A stretch of 63,540 nt of DNA, counting the filler, from Reclinomonas americana ATCC 50394 (Eukaryota), in NCBI GenBank assembly GCA_048213135.1. It is 9 parts of 3 records of this genome, joined end to end, with 100 filler letters (N's around TTAATTAATTAA, not from the genome) between each part and the next. Parts side by side here need not be neighbours in the genome. Positions count along the whole stretch, not along the records: positions 9,961 to 16,948 come from PS015129.1; positions 17,049 to 24,017 come from PS015129.1; positions 24,118 to 39,074 come from PS015129.1; 6 more parts are not named here. The stretch is one strand, 5' to 3'. Both the position numbers and the translations under genes were made by a program. The notes beneath the pieces are model-generated. The model was not told where the DNA came from. It was given only the letters and a program-made list of their open reading frames with translations, and searched no databases. Below, piece after piece: positions 12,030 through 24,855 of this stretch; positions within the stretch are counted from its first letter, which is position 1, and each line of letters opens with the position of its first letter.

Positions 12030-15000
12030 TACGTACGTAGTAGTGTAGTANNNNNNNNNNNNNNNNNNNNNNNNNNNNNNNNNNNNNNNNNNNNNNNNNN
12101 NNNNNNNNNNNNNNNNNNNNNNNNNNNNNNNNNNNNNNNNNNNNNNNNNNNNNNNNNNNNNNNNNNNNNNNNNNNNNNNNNNNNNNNNNNNNNNNNNNNN
12201 NNNNNNNNNNNNNNNNNNNNNNNNNNNNNNNNNNNTGTGTGTGTGTGTGTGTGTGTATGGTACATTAACTGGTGGATAATACTGCAAGATTGACGTCCTC
12301 ACCGCCGCGATCACCACGCTGGCGGGATCTCTCACCGCGACAACCGCCAGTACGGTGGACGGCGTTGGTCCAGCTGCTCGGTTCAACTACGCCCCCTACA
12401 CCATTGCTCTGGACCCCACCGAGCAGTTCTTGTTCATTCCCGATGTTGCGTTGAGGTGGTTGATGCCACGGGCTTCTCGGTTGACTATATTCACCAGTGA
12501 GCCTCTTCGCTCCCTCGTGGATTATATAGGGATACTCGCCTGCTGATCGCTTGCGTCAAGTGGATCTCAACTCGCGCGCGGTGACCACTATTCCGATTTT
12601 GGAAGGACCGGGAGGTCGGGCTGATATCAACTACATCTGGGTGAGTGAGTGAGTGATTATGGGAGTGAGTAAGTGAGAGGGAGGCAGAGTGAGTGAGTGT
12701 ATGTGTGTTGAGAGAGCACGTGTGATTCAATGCATATGAGCAGGCTCAATTTCAGTGCGCAGTCGCAGACGCTCACTTACTCGCTCACGCACTCACTCAC
12801 TCTGTCTTCGCGCGTAGGTTGGTATGCACTTCTTCAAGGGAGCGCCGACTGCTTTGAGTTGCGTGCAACGACTTTCCCCGGTTGGATAGTCACAGGTGCT
12901 GAACCCCTTACTCTGTGCAGTGATTGGTGCCGAAAACGGTGTCGATGGAGACTGGATTGGCTTCATTCGCGTTGAACCCATCGCTCCTAGCAGTACGTCT
13001 CCGGGTGCCTCTTGCATGTTGAGTGTGTGAACTGGAGTTGTTGCTGAGCGATTTGTATGCAGCCGGCTTCAAGCCGCTGACAGCGATAGCGATCAAGGCC
13101 GGCATCGCCTCGCAGGCTGCAGAATTTGGCGCACCGCAGTCGGCAATCTCTGGAGTGACGACGGCCTCTGTTGCTTTGTTTGCCAATCGTCAATGCTCTG
13201 GCACGGCGCGGACGGTACTGCTGTCTGGCTCCATTGGGTCGGTTGGAACTGCGTGGGTGGTTCGCGCTTCGTTCGACACGACAGCCGAAATGGACTCGAT
13301 CACATACTTCCTGTGCGTGGATCCTGACGGCGCTGCTGGACCCCTGCAGGCCGTGGCTCTGGCCGAAGTGCACATTTGTTGCGTTCTGTGTGCTTGAAGA
13401 GCAGAGTCATTTGCACAATACGACTCACACGCACCCTCACCCTCTTTTTTCGTACGACAGTCACTGTGACGCAGGCGACTCCGAACATTCTGTTCCAGGG
13501 TCGTCAGAGCACACGTGTGGTTGTGACAGGCAGCAACTTCATCGAGGTCAATCCCGAGACCGCTGCTGCCGGCGTGAACCCTGCGACTCCTGGTGGCACC
13601 GCTGCGTCGTTCTTCCTCGCTCCCAGTGATGCGTGCTCTGCGATCGGCACTCGAGCCGAGGCCGTTACTGTTGACCTGGTGCCGGGCGACGGCACCAAGT
13701 TGCGCTTCTCGATCTCCACCACCACGACTGTGAATGAGTCGACAACGTGCACTGTGGATGCCGCAGCGTCGTACACGCTGTGCGGACGGTCTGTGTTTTT
13801 CTTTTCCTGCTAACATTGCTTTGTTTTGTTCCCGTCCTTCCGCTCTGACTCAAGACTCCGTCCCTTCCTTGATGTACACAGCTTCCAAGACGGCACATAC
13901 GTGCCATTCATCAGCGGTATCTCGATCCAGGCCCCACCGGATCCGGTCATTGCGTATTCGACACCATCGAGCCTCTCGCTGCAATCTCCCACCGTGGTCT
14001 CGATTTCGTCTGTGAACAATGCCTTCACCAATTGCACTCGCTTCAAGGTTGTCGACATTGACACCAGCTGCTCGGGCGCTGCATCGAGTTGCGTACATCT
14101 GACGTCGTTCGCGCCCAAGTTGTATAAGGGTGTGCTGCTCACTGCTGTTTTCGACAGGTGCCGTCACCCTCCAGTCATACTCCGCCATGTCGCTCGATGC
14201 GTCGCTGTGCGTCAGTTCCGGCTGCAAGTCGTTCGACATTAGCATGACCGCGATATCGGCACACGCTGTGCAGCTGTGCGTGGCGACCACGCCGGGCGGT
14301 GCGTGGACAGCGGTGCCCGGGGAGACATTCTCGTCGGGCATGCTTGTGCAGACGTCGAATGTTACGGCCAACCAAGTTGGTACGACGGTGAGGATGAGAA
14401 GGGAGGGCGAGGGAACACAAGCGTGAGAGGCAGAGAGAAGAGAAGGATCCGGAGCTTAGCTGGGCGAGTTGCCCTCTGCTGGGAGGTAGGATGTCCAGAC
14501 TTTGAGAGAGAAAGTAACACAAGTATGAGAGGCAGAGAAGGGTTGTGCTCAACAGAGGGTGTCCAACACTGAGTATTAGTGCATTGGTGAATGAGGAAGA
14601 GAGAGAGAGAGAAAGAAGCAGAAGGATACGAGGTCATGTCTCTCTAATCAGTGGGCGTCTGGACTCTTGCGATATCGATGTCAATTTCCCACAATTTTCG
14701 TCACACCTCATTGGTTTCCCTTCTCTCTGTGTCGTAAGTCGTCAGTTCTTTTGCCGTAGCTGGTGCAATGAGCAATGGCATATCTGTTGTGGATGGGTCC
14801 TCTGTTATCATGTCGTTGGCTTTCCGTGCTTCAAAGTTGCCTCTCGTCGCTGTTGCAAGCAAGTTTCGAGAGGTGGCACAAGCTCGACGAGCAACGCAAT
14901 GCGTGTTTGATCTGTTGTATCCATTACATCATACCTTGTAATTCTCCATTTCCCCCCAATGTCTTGTACCTCTTCCCTCGCATGTCACTCACCGTGGTGT

Positions 15001-16052
15001 CTGTGTGCAGATGAGCACCGGCACTGGCGTTCGTTCTGTCACCATTACCCATACCTTCCCGCAACCGTTTGCAAGCACTCCGAAAGTGCTCATTGGAGTC
15101 GCGGCGCTCACCAATGCGTCGACAAACGAAACCAGCTTCTACTGTGCCTTCCCCAGCGTCACCACCACCGGGGTTTCTGTCCGCTGCTCTGCTCTCGGCA
15201 AGGCACAATTCTCCAGTCTGATCACCAGTTTCGTTCACCATTGCCTTGCATTTTCCGATTGGTGCATGCCATTGATCATCCTCGCCTGTGTGTGTGTGTG
15301 TGCGTGCCCAGACTACCTGGCGGTCTCTGCCGATGCGTCCAACACGTCCATTTTGGACAATCAAACTGCGCCGTTTGATGGACCCAAGAGCTGGACTGAT
15401 GCGACAACGAACAAGAACGCTCGCCACGTTTCGTAATTCGAGAGTGTGTGATGCGCGGCTGCTCGTCTGCTGTGTGCTCATGTCACGGATGTTGCAGACG
15501 ATCTCGCTGTCCAATGTTTTCTCCTTCCGTTTCACTCCGTCCGCGGCTCTCGCTCTCTCTGGCCTCTCTTCTGGTCGCTTTGGCAGCTCGGCATCCGACA
15601 TTCTCACCGACAACTTCGAGCTGAGCATCAGCTCTCAATCGACGTGGTCGTCGCAGTTGATTGGTGTTGTGCGCGGTGACTCGCGGGTGCAGCAAGTGGC
15701 GGTGCGCTATCTGGTGGCGTCGTCGGGCAAGAGCGGCTACGTTGTGCTGTCGGGCAAGACAACACACATTGGCACGGCGGCTGCGGTGGCTTCGCTGATT
15801 GGCGCATCGACTCCGTTCGGTGTGAAGCAGGGCGACTTCAACTACGCGGTGTTCCTGCGTGGCTGGAAGGCTGCTGGTACTGGCGCGGGCCAGATCAACC
15901 CGTCGGTGCTGCGTAGCGATGCAGCGCCGGCGCAGGGCAGTGCACCTGCCGCCACTTCGTACGGCCAGCTGACGATTGCACCGACGGCCGGCACCAACGT
16001 GGCCGAAACGTACGTGTCGTGGATTGCCATTGGCATTCCGGCCACTGCGTGA
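10772..16052 (+). CDS. Large multi-exon protein: NHL-repeat beta-propeller, Ser/Thr-rich beta-sandwich stalk, C-terminal H-type-lectin-like region (5' end uncertain)
   Basis: NHL-like repeats IRRVQLSTGAVDTLAGVYGELGVVDGPFSAARFS, LLDGVGTAA and ITTLAGSLTATTASTVDGVGPAARFNYAPYTIALDP. Later exon TGVRSVTITHTFPQPFASTPKVLIGVAAL resembles H-type lectins. Stop at 16050-16052. Confidence 0.7.
11937..12026. repeat. (TG)n microsatellite, intronic, at an assembly gap
   Basis: Directly visible. Confidence 0.95.
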
Positions 16053-16457
16053 GCATGTCGCGATACGCGTACGCACCCACACGGCCGACGGCGATGTTTT
16101 CCTTTTGCGATTTTTTCTTCATTGTTGCCTCTTGAGGTTCTTCGTTTCCGCCGTCGACGTGTCACTTTCCCCTTCGATTGAAAAAGAGCCATTAGGGTGG
16201 ACTGAGGCTCACTGAGAGTTGATTGGTTCTTGGAGGTTGAAGCAGGAGCTCCGTCCGGAGAGCAACTGTTGCGCGGGGGCAGTCGGCCAGGCGTTCTCTG
16301 CGGAGGAACCGGTACCCGGTACCGGTACCGGAAAACCATCCTTCCCGATCCATTGTTGCATTCTTCCTCGTACGCGTTCTCCATCAACATTAGGGATGAT
16401 GATGAGAAGAAGGAGGAGAGCGCATCGAGGTCGCCTGCTCATCGTGGTGTGCGTGCA

Positions 16458-16826
16458 ATGACGGTCCACAGACAATTCGCGACGTCGAGCGCGTGGGAGC
16501 CGCCAAAGTCGGCCGCCCAAGAGGACATGTGTTCGATATTTGACTCTGCAGTGCAGTGTGGGCGCACTAGTGTACCCTGCTGTGCCCCGCTGTGGCCTCC
16601 ACACACACACACAGACACCATGCAACGCACCAACTCTGGCTCATTACCCCACCCCAACAATGCCTCGAACACGACGACCTCCTTTGCCGCCACTCGTGCT
16701 CGCCGCGCCAACACGCCCTCTTCCTCGGCAGTGAGAGGCGTCTTCAGTGAGGAGCTGACAGTGGACGTCATGCCTGCTGCCACGCAGCTGCCCAATGAGG
16801 TGAACAGCAGTGGAACGGTGACTGGC
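16458..16826 (+). CDS. Probable 5' exons of a hypothetical low-complexity protein, truncated by scaffold end
   Basis: Open frame MTVHRQFATSSAWEPPKSAAQED...QRTNSGSLPHPNNASNTTTSFAA...NSSGTVTG followed by a GTGAGG donor and (GA)n. No recognisable domain. Confidence 0.35.
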
Positions 16827-16892
16827 GTGAGGCCTCACAGGGACCCATTGTTGCGTGAGAGTGTGGGAGGGAGGGAGAGAGAGGGAGAGAGA

Positions 16893-16942
<50 letters not shown>

Positions 16943-17535
16943 AGGAGGNNNNNNNNNNNNNNNNNNNNNNNNNNNNNNNNNNNNNNNNNNNNTTAATTAA
17001 TTAANNNNNNNNNNNNNNNNNNNNNNNNNNNNNNNNNNNNNNNNNNNNTGAGTGGGGTGAGTGGCGTGAGAGAGAGAGCGGGAAGGATGAGAGATTGAGA
17101 GAGTAGCAGAGAGAGAGAGAGAGAGTGAGTTGCTCTCCTGTGCACGCACAATGGTTAGTCAGTCTGTACACGTGGTGGGGTGTGTACGTGCGCGTGTGTG
17201 TGCACTCGCGCGCATTTGATGATCACTGCGTGAGATATCAGTTGACACACTCGCTCTCCTTGCCTTTCACCCTCTCCTCTCCTCTGTCGCTCTCTGAGTG
17301 TGTGTGTACCACTTGTGTGCACACGCACTCACCCACCCACACACCTACTGGCATCTCTATTGCGCCGGGTGTATTTGGCGCCGTGGTCGGGTCGGACACG
17401 ATTTGCTGATGTGTATGTACGTGCAGGCCAGGAGCTGACGGCCAGCGGTCAGCGCGCCAAACGACACGATACACGTTGCGTCTTCATCACTGCACACCAT
17501 AACGTGTGTGTGTGCTCACTGTGTGTGCGACAGCC

Positions 17536-20500
17536 ATGGAGGCGTTCGAAAAGAGCATGCAGCAGCGTCGCGAGGGTCAAGGCCTGTTTGTGTCGCGCGG
17601 TGCTTCGTATCTTGGTGAGCCGCTGTTGCGTGGTTCTCGTTGGCTGTATAGTGTGCTGATCTCGCCGGGCGCAGCTTCCATGGCGCCCAGTACCGCCGCT
17701 TCGCCACCCGCGTCTGCGTCCGCCGCGGCTGCGGCATCGGCAATGTCTCTTGGCTCCGCTGCGGCGTCGTCGCCGTCGTCGCATGGCAGCATTCCACCGG
17801 CCACACCCGCAGGCTACGCCAGCCGCTACATGGCCGAGAAGAAGGCATCGCGTGGAGCTGTGATGCCGGTCAACATTGATTCGCCACAGCGCATCAACTC
17901 CATCATGGACAGCTTTGCGTCGCCGGCCACGCAATCTCGCACGCTGTCGGACATTTTTGCACGTGCTGGTGGTCGACCTGACGATGTTGTGTGCTATGTA
18001 ATTGTCGACGTGCTCGTTCATCGGGTTGCTTATTGTGTGGGATGCGCAGAGCACGATTGAGCTGGACGACCTCGGTACCATGGAGCTCGGCAGCGATGGT
18101 ATGCGCTCCCCCGCCGGTGTGTTCCCCTCACGCAATCCGCCGCCGGCCTCTCAACGATCACCACTGAGCGCCATGACCACCCTGCCTGGTGAGCGAGAGA
18201 GAGAGAGGGAGAGGGAGAGGGAGAGAGGGGAAGTGAGCGTTTACTAATGTGTGGAACAACAGGTCGCGAACTCCCTCGACCGCCCCCGAATTTGCCGCCA
18301 GAGAGCAGTCGTCCGCCACCGGCTGTTGAGGACCGGCCAACGTTCCGCTTCAGTGCGACAGATGCCGGTACCTTTGATCGCCTCAACACCGTGGAGCGAC
18401 AGCTGCAGGATGCCGCCCCTCGTTGCGTCACTCGCGCGCATGCCATGGTCTCTGTGGCTCTCGCTCATCTGTGTCGCGCCACGCAGTGACCACCATTGAC
18501 CTGCGCAACTCGTCCACTGATCCTCGTGCTTCGGGTGCGCGTAGACCACCCATTAATGGCACGCCTGGCTCACCGTCGGGAGTTGCGTCGGTATTCTTTG
18601 TCGTCCACGTGACCAAGCTCGGTGATTTTCTCTTTTCCTCACCGTGGAATTCATTCGTACCTGCAGGGCCGCCCTTACTCGGCCTACGACGTTGTCGGAG
18701 TGGAGATTCCGGAAGAGGACGAGCGCAAGACATTTGTGCGCCTCAAGGGCACGGATGAGCGCCTCACGCAGGGACGCACCACCAAGGGCCGCGTCATGCG
18801 TGTCCCCGAGTCGTGGAAGCAGTTCATGGTGCGCGCTCTCTCTCTCTTTTCATTCATATCCGCGCATCTCGACTCGTTCGCACTCACAACGCATTTGTCT
18901 GTCTGTGCAGATTTACATGCTGTCGTTCATGATCTTGACGCTGTTGCTGCTCATTCCGATGCTGACGTGGATTGGTTTTGCAATGGTCGGCGGCGAGGTG
19001 TTTTCATTTGCCGGCTCGATGACCTTTGGCTCCGTGTTGACTGTCACCCGCGACGGTCTCGTCGGTATCAATGCACACACTCCCCGGCACACGCTGGAGG
19101 TGAGCACGTCGTGTGTCTGTGCAGTGAGTGATGCCCTCCTCATCACTGATTCGTCCCGCTTCCCCTCTTCAACTCGCGCGCAGATTGTGGACCGCACAAA
19201 GAACGGCGCCAGCATGCGCATCACCACCATGGTCAACGACATACGGCAGGCGAATCGAACCACGCAGAATATACAGTTTGGTCTCTACTCCACCACCGGC
19301 GAGTTCACACCCGGCATGAGAATACGACACGAATTCACAGGCAGCTTTGCGACGAAGAGTTGCGAATCTGTTGTTGTTGTTTTACCCCCAGAGTGTTTCT
19401 GCTCCTCGTGTTTTTGACTTGTATTTTCTGCTGCCGCACAGATACTACGACAACGACAAGCCGCTCTGTTCCACTGTTCCCGACCGGTGGACGAGCCGGT
19501 CGTCGGTCCTTGCTCTCCTCAGGCAGCACTGGCACTACAGCAGTGCCTGCTCCCGTGGACACTGCCGCGAACGCGTTGCGAATGCGCACGGCGCCTGCCA
19601 AGCATCAATTCCACCATCGGGTACACATTGCTTGCCGGTTGACGCGTTCTAGTCGACTTTCTATTCCACTCACTCATGGAGGCGCAGGGCAACCGCTTCG
19701 AGTATGAGCGCGCCGCTGTGGCCTACTCACCGCATGCAGCACCGTACGATGCTGAGTTGGATGCGTACGATTTGCGAGCGGCCACCGGCACCAACAGCAC
19801 CAACACAACTCATCCGACCGACGACACGGGAGAGGAGGACCTCACTCCGCTGCCGAATACGCGTTTGACCATTGAGGGAGGCATGGTACTTGTGGACAAC
19901 GATGTCAACATTTTTGGCGAGGGCTCTTTGGATGGCAAGCTGTACCTGCGGCAAGAGAACGCCAATCGTACAGTGCGAGAGGATGGCAGTCTCGAGTACG
20001 GTGGGTGTAACAAGCATAAGTGTCTCTGTGTGTTCTCATCCTGTTAATCTCTTCTTTTGGTCACGTCTGCAGACGGCGACTCGCTTGTGCTAGAGAACCG
20101 GAGCGGATCCTTTATTGTGTCGCGCGACAACTTTCTCCTCCTGCAAATTCGACGCGACGGCTCGTTCTCCACTGGTGGCGATTTCTCCGCGCGTGGTCTG
20201 CGCACAGAGGGTCTCTTCACCGCGCAGCGTCTGTTGATCTCGTCAGAGGACACGCAGACGTCGGCGCTGGTGTCGGTGAATGGCGATGCAGAAATGAGAG
20301 TTGCGTACTCGTGTGTGTAAGGCGCGACATTATGGTATCATCGTGCTGATTGTCGATTCGTCGGCTGCAGATTATCAGTGCACCGGATCATACCAGCTCG
20401 CTGCGCCTGGAGAGCGCCAACGTATCGTACGCCATGGGTGTGTCGAACACTGGTGGATTTTCCATCTCCCGCAACTCCACCAGCGGGCTCGGTATCACCG

Positions 20501-23500
20501 GCAAGGTGATGGAGATTCGCGAGACTGGCGACGTGATTATGCGCAGTCGTAGTTTCCAGATTGCAACCGCACGTGACGAGCCGCTGACGGCCACGATCGC
20601 CAGTCGTACGGGTGCCTCCAGTATTTTTGTGCAAGCAGAGAATCCCACCGCGCGGTGAGTTGCTCGTACGATTCCCCTCTCTCTCTCTTTCTCTATCCCC
20701 GTGCCACTCACGACATCGTTCTGTGCCATTAGTGCCGGTCTCCGCTTGGCCTCCGGCAACAATGCCTTTGAGTTGACGGCAAAAGGCAGCACGTTCTCCA
20801 TGCGCTACTACAACAAAGAGTCGCAGTTTTTACAGAGCTTCTTTGATGTGACCGAATCGGTCAGCTCAACAGGCGACCCACAACGATCCGTGGTAGTGAC
20901 GGCCACTGATTTCTCGGTACGTTTCCGTATCAGCGAAAGGAGAGAGAGAAATGGGTGGAGAAAAGGAAGAGAATGGAGCCTCATTCTTTGTCGCTCTCTT
21001 GTCAGTGAGAGGGGGAGAGAAGCACGCAAATTCATCTACTCCTCCTTGCTCATCCCTTGTTCGCACAGATAACAAACGTCGTTGGTGCGAATATGGACAT
21101 TACCATTCAGTCACGGACGCAGGCGGCGAATGTTCTGGTGCAGTCGGCGGCGTCTGGCACGTTCCCGGCCTCGTTGGTGATGGCCAGTGCGAATAGCAAG
21201 CACTACCTGCAAGGCCTCGGGTCGACTTTCAAAATGATTCGCGAGACCACGCCAGTGGGTGGATCGACAACGACAACGACGCTCATGCAGTGGGATCCGT
21301 TGGCGGCCACATTCTTTTCTCGGCAGTGGACGGTTAGCTTGTTGTGCGATCACATCTACTTGCCACTGTTTGTAGCATGCGCTTACGTGGTGCTGTGCAG
21401 CTGCAACCGTTGGGCTCTGGAAATGCCGAGTTCCGCGTGTTGGCCAATCCGCTCAGTCCCAGTTGCGCATCGAGTGGACTCGCAGACTCATTCCCTTTGT
21501 TGCGTGCACACTCACGCGCCACTTTTTTTCGTTTCACTGCAGATGGTGGCAATTCTACTCTCTCTGTCCGATCGACAGGCGCGCAGTCCACGGCCGAGTT
21601 CTCCATGGCCAATCCCTCTGGCCAATTCAAAATGACAGTCAACAAGGTACGGTTGAAAGCAACAATTATGTGCATATCAGTGGTGGTATATGTATTGACG
21701 ATGTCTGCGACAGGATGGAGATTTGGTGTGGGTCGTCGCTGGCACCGGTGCCTCTTCCACCACACACACCATCAACATCAAGCCAAGCACAGGCAACATG
21801 GATATCACGACGGGAACCGTCACGTTCAACTCTGGACTGCACGTTTCGCAAGTGGCATACTTCCAAGGTGTGTTGCTGCGCGGGTGCGGTACCTGTCGCC
21901 ATTGTTGTTCCTGTTTTGCCTCTCTCTCCAGTCATATCACGTCACTTCCTTATCGCGGTATCGCATGCAGACGACGTTACGCTGGTCGACTCAAGCATGT
22001 ACCTCGGTGCCGATTTGCAACTACGTATTGGCATGGGTTCCGACGGCGTGTTAGATATATCAGCATCACAGCGCATTGCCGGTAGTCTCTTTATTGGCAA
22101 AGACTTGACGGTCAATGGTGACACGACTTTATCTGGTAGTGTGGCACGCGCGATGGCACCCACCCAGGGAGAGCTTGTTCTTCTGCTGACACACTGATTG
22201 CACAGGTACGGTGAGCTTGGTCAATGCCAATGGTTCCGCCGGTAAGGTCTACATCGGCGGCGATCAAATGGATCAATATGCACCCGCCCTCTGGCGTTCC
22301 GCGCCCAAGACAATCACCATTGACAGTGGCTTCACGGTCAACGACTTGCGACTCAACGGTAACTTGCGCGTGCAGGGCACCACCGTGCTGGAAGGTTGCG
22401 TCTTGAGGCACAGAACACCACGGTGGCGGGGGAGGGCGCTGACTGAAGTATGTGTGCAGAAAATCTCGTGATTGAGAGTCTGGAGGGCATCAAGTTTGGC
22501 ACACCCGGCGTCAACCAGGTACAACTGAAGGCCCTCGACGCCTCCAACATCCAGACCGATCAACATTTCAACATTCAAGGTGCGTGTACTCTGTGCGCCC
22601 ACCCAAGTCCGTCTTTCACACCGCTGACTACGCTGTCCCCGTGTGTGCCGCAGGATCTCTGTTTGTCGACCGCGACATGTCAGTGGGTGGCATCATTTTC
22701 GCTTCCGTCTCCGGCAACCCGGGCTTCCGACAGACTCGCTTGCCCGTGTATCCGGCGCTGACGCCAGTCACCATCAACGAACTCGATTCAACAGGAGTTG
22801 CGTTGTGATTACTGTCATTCTTCACCCTCGTCACATACTCATCATCCTCTACTTCCCAATACGCGCAGGTCGCCAAGGATCCCCCGACACTGACAACAAC
22901 GGATCTTGGTGCCGAAATGTATGGCATTACTGCCACAGACGGCAAGCCGTTGTTCCCGATGCGCTCCGCGTCCCTGGACGCCTTGATCCTTGTGCACTGC
23001 TTCGACACGGGTTGCAGTATCACACGCGCCTGGCTTCTCGATCAGGCCAGTGGCGGCGCCTCTAGTTGCGTTCCTCCTTTGCCCATTCTGCTCGTATGCT
23101 CTGTGGCCTGACCGTGCCTGTCAGATTACGGCTTTGCCACGAGCATGACAGTTGGACCCGACACGTTTGGCCTCGTGGCATACTCGCGTGGTGGCGAACT
23201 AGCCATTGGCCATTGTCGCAACGTGCTCTGTCAGGGTATCGATACACCACCCGCGCACTTTAGCCTCGGTGGAACAGTTGTAGTGCGTACGGCGCCTTGT
23301 GTCTCTTGCGTGAACGGCCAACTGTTTGACTAACCACGCTACGCTGTGTGGCGACAGTACACGCAAATTACCATGGGCGCCGACGGCTTACCCGTGGTGG
23401 CTGCATTGTTACAGAGCGGCTCATTGATTATCAGGCATTGCAAAGAAACTCTGTGCACGTTGGCGCCCGACTACACGTACACAATTAACAACGTCTCGCC

Positions 23501-23944
23501 AGGTGAGTACGCCACCATTGGCGCGGCACCGCCAGTATTCATTTTGCTCACTGTCACGATTGGTGCCCTCGTCGCAGGTGTATTTTCCATGACGCAAGGA
23601 GTGACAGGCTTTATTATTTTCGCCTACCAGGGCAGTGACAATGCGTTGTATTTCGGCACTTTCAACTCTATTGACATGTCGACCGCGCCGGCAACGCGAA
23701 AGGTGACATCGTCGGCTACATCCTACGGGTGCGTCTGCAGGTGTCACTCTTGTTCGCAGTCCGTGTGTGTGTGTGTGTGTGGCGTGTTGACATTTACCAC
23801 GTAGTGCGGCGGTGAATTTGGTCGTTGGTGTCGACGGGTTCCCGTTCATGGCGTGTCGGAACGACGACACGTCGCCGGGGTTGTTGATGGTGGTGCACTG
23901 CAAGGCGCAGGATTGCTCAACAGCAGATGTGACTACTGGCGGAG
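17536..23944 (+). CDS. Large type II membrane protein with tail-fibre-like beta repeats and Cys-containing propeller-like repeats (3' truncated)
   Basis: Many GT-AG exons. Disordered S/P/A-rich N-terminus, one TM segment (IYMLSFMILTLLLLIPMLTWIGFAMV, from 18911), then DGLVGINAHTPRHTLEI, GKDLTVNGDTTLSG and LNGNLRVQGTT, and about five repeats of G-x-DG-x-P...L-x-x-x-HC-xxxx-C. Confidence 0.75.
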
Positions 23945-24167
23945 GTAAGAGGGAGGGAGAGAGAGAGAGGAGGGAGAGAGAGAGAGAGAGAGTAGTATGC
24001 GTCCGTTCCTTCCGTCTNNNNNNNNNNNNNNNNNNNNNNNNNNNNNNNNNNNNNNNNNNNNTTAATTAATTAANNNNNNNNNNNNNNNNNNNNNNNNNNN
24101 NNNNNNNNNNNNNNNNNAAGGAGAAGGAGTCTTCTTGTTCTCTCAGCTCACACTTTTGCGACTGCAG

Positions 24168-24690
24168 ATTGCGCGGAAAGAGATTCCGGCCAAGTTCTTG
24201 CATGAGGACGACCACGTTGCGTTTCTCCTGTGCACAGACGGCGAACCCCCGTTCTCTTGCGTTTCCTTCTCATCGCCGTATCTCGCGCAGTGCGTTGCCA
24301 TTGCCGACATTAACCCCGTGGCGCCGACACACTTCCTCGTGATTCCCAAGTTGCGACACAACAAACGAGCGATTGTGCTTCTTCTCCCACTCACGCTCTT
24401 TTCCTGCAGGGTCAAGATCCCCATGGTGGCTGTGGCCGAGGAGCAACACAAGGAGGTGCTGGGCCACCTGCTGCTGGTGGCAGCCAAGGTCGCCAAGGAG
24501 CAGAAGCTGGATGCCGGATACCGCCTGGTCATCAACAACGGACCCGAGGGCTGCCAGAGTGTCTACCAGATGCACGTCCACGTGATTGGTGAGTGCGCAT
24601 CGCAGGCGAAATACACATGCGCCAGGCATAGAAGTCTCACGACTGTGAGCAATGGCAGGTGGCGCGCAACTCGGTTGGCCGCCGTGCTAA
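24168..24690 (+). CDS. HINT1: Histidine triad nucleotide-binding protein (HINT family), 5' truncated
   Basis: IARKEIPAKFLHEDDH/CVAIADINPVAPTHFLVIPK...[34 protein letters not shown]. Three GT-AG introns. The triad reads QMHVHV, so the first His is replaced by Gln. Confidence 0.92.
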
Positions 24691-24855
24691 CCCCAACGAC
24701 GGAAAATCGCGTGTCGGCACCCACCACCACCTCCCCTCTTCCCTCGCAGCAATGCCGGAGCAAGTAAAACACACAAACATTGCACTGCACTTCCACGAGT
24801 CCTTTTGCTGCCCGCTGTCCTCCGCCCCTTATTGTTTTCGTTCTTCAGTCTCTCA

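Noticed and set aside
12025-12050. GTACGTACGTAGTAG-type strings next to microsatellites (also 59465-59500 and 63490-63540)
   Set aside because: Found only at contig ends after simple repeats; most likely low-quality read-end noise.
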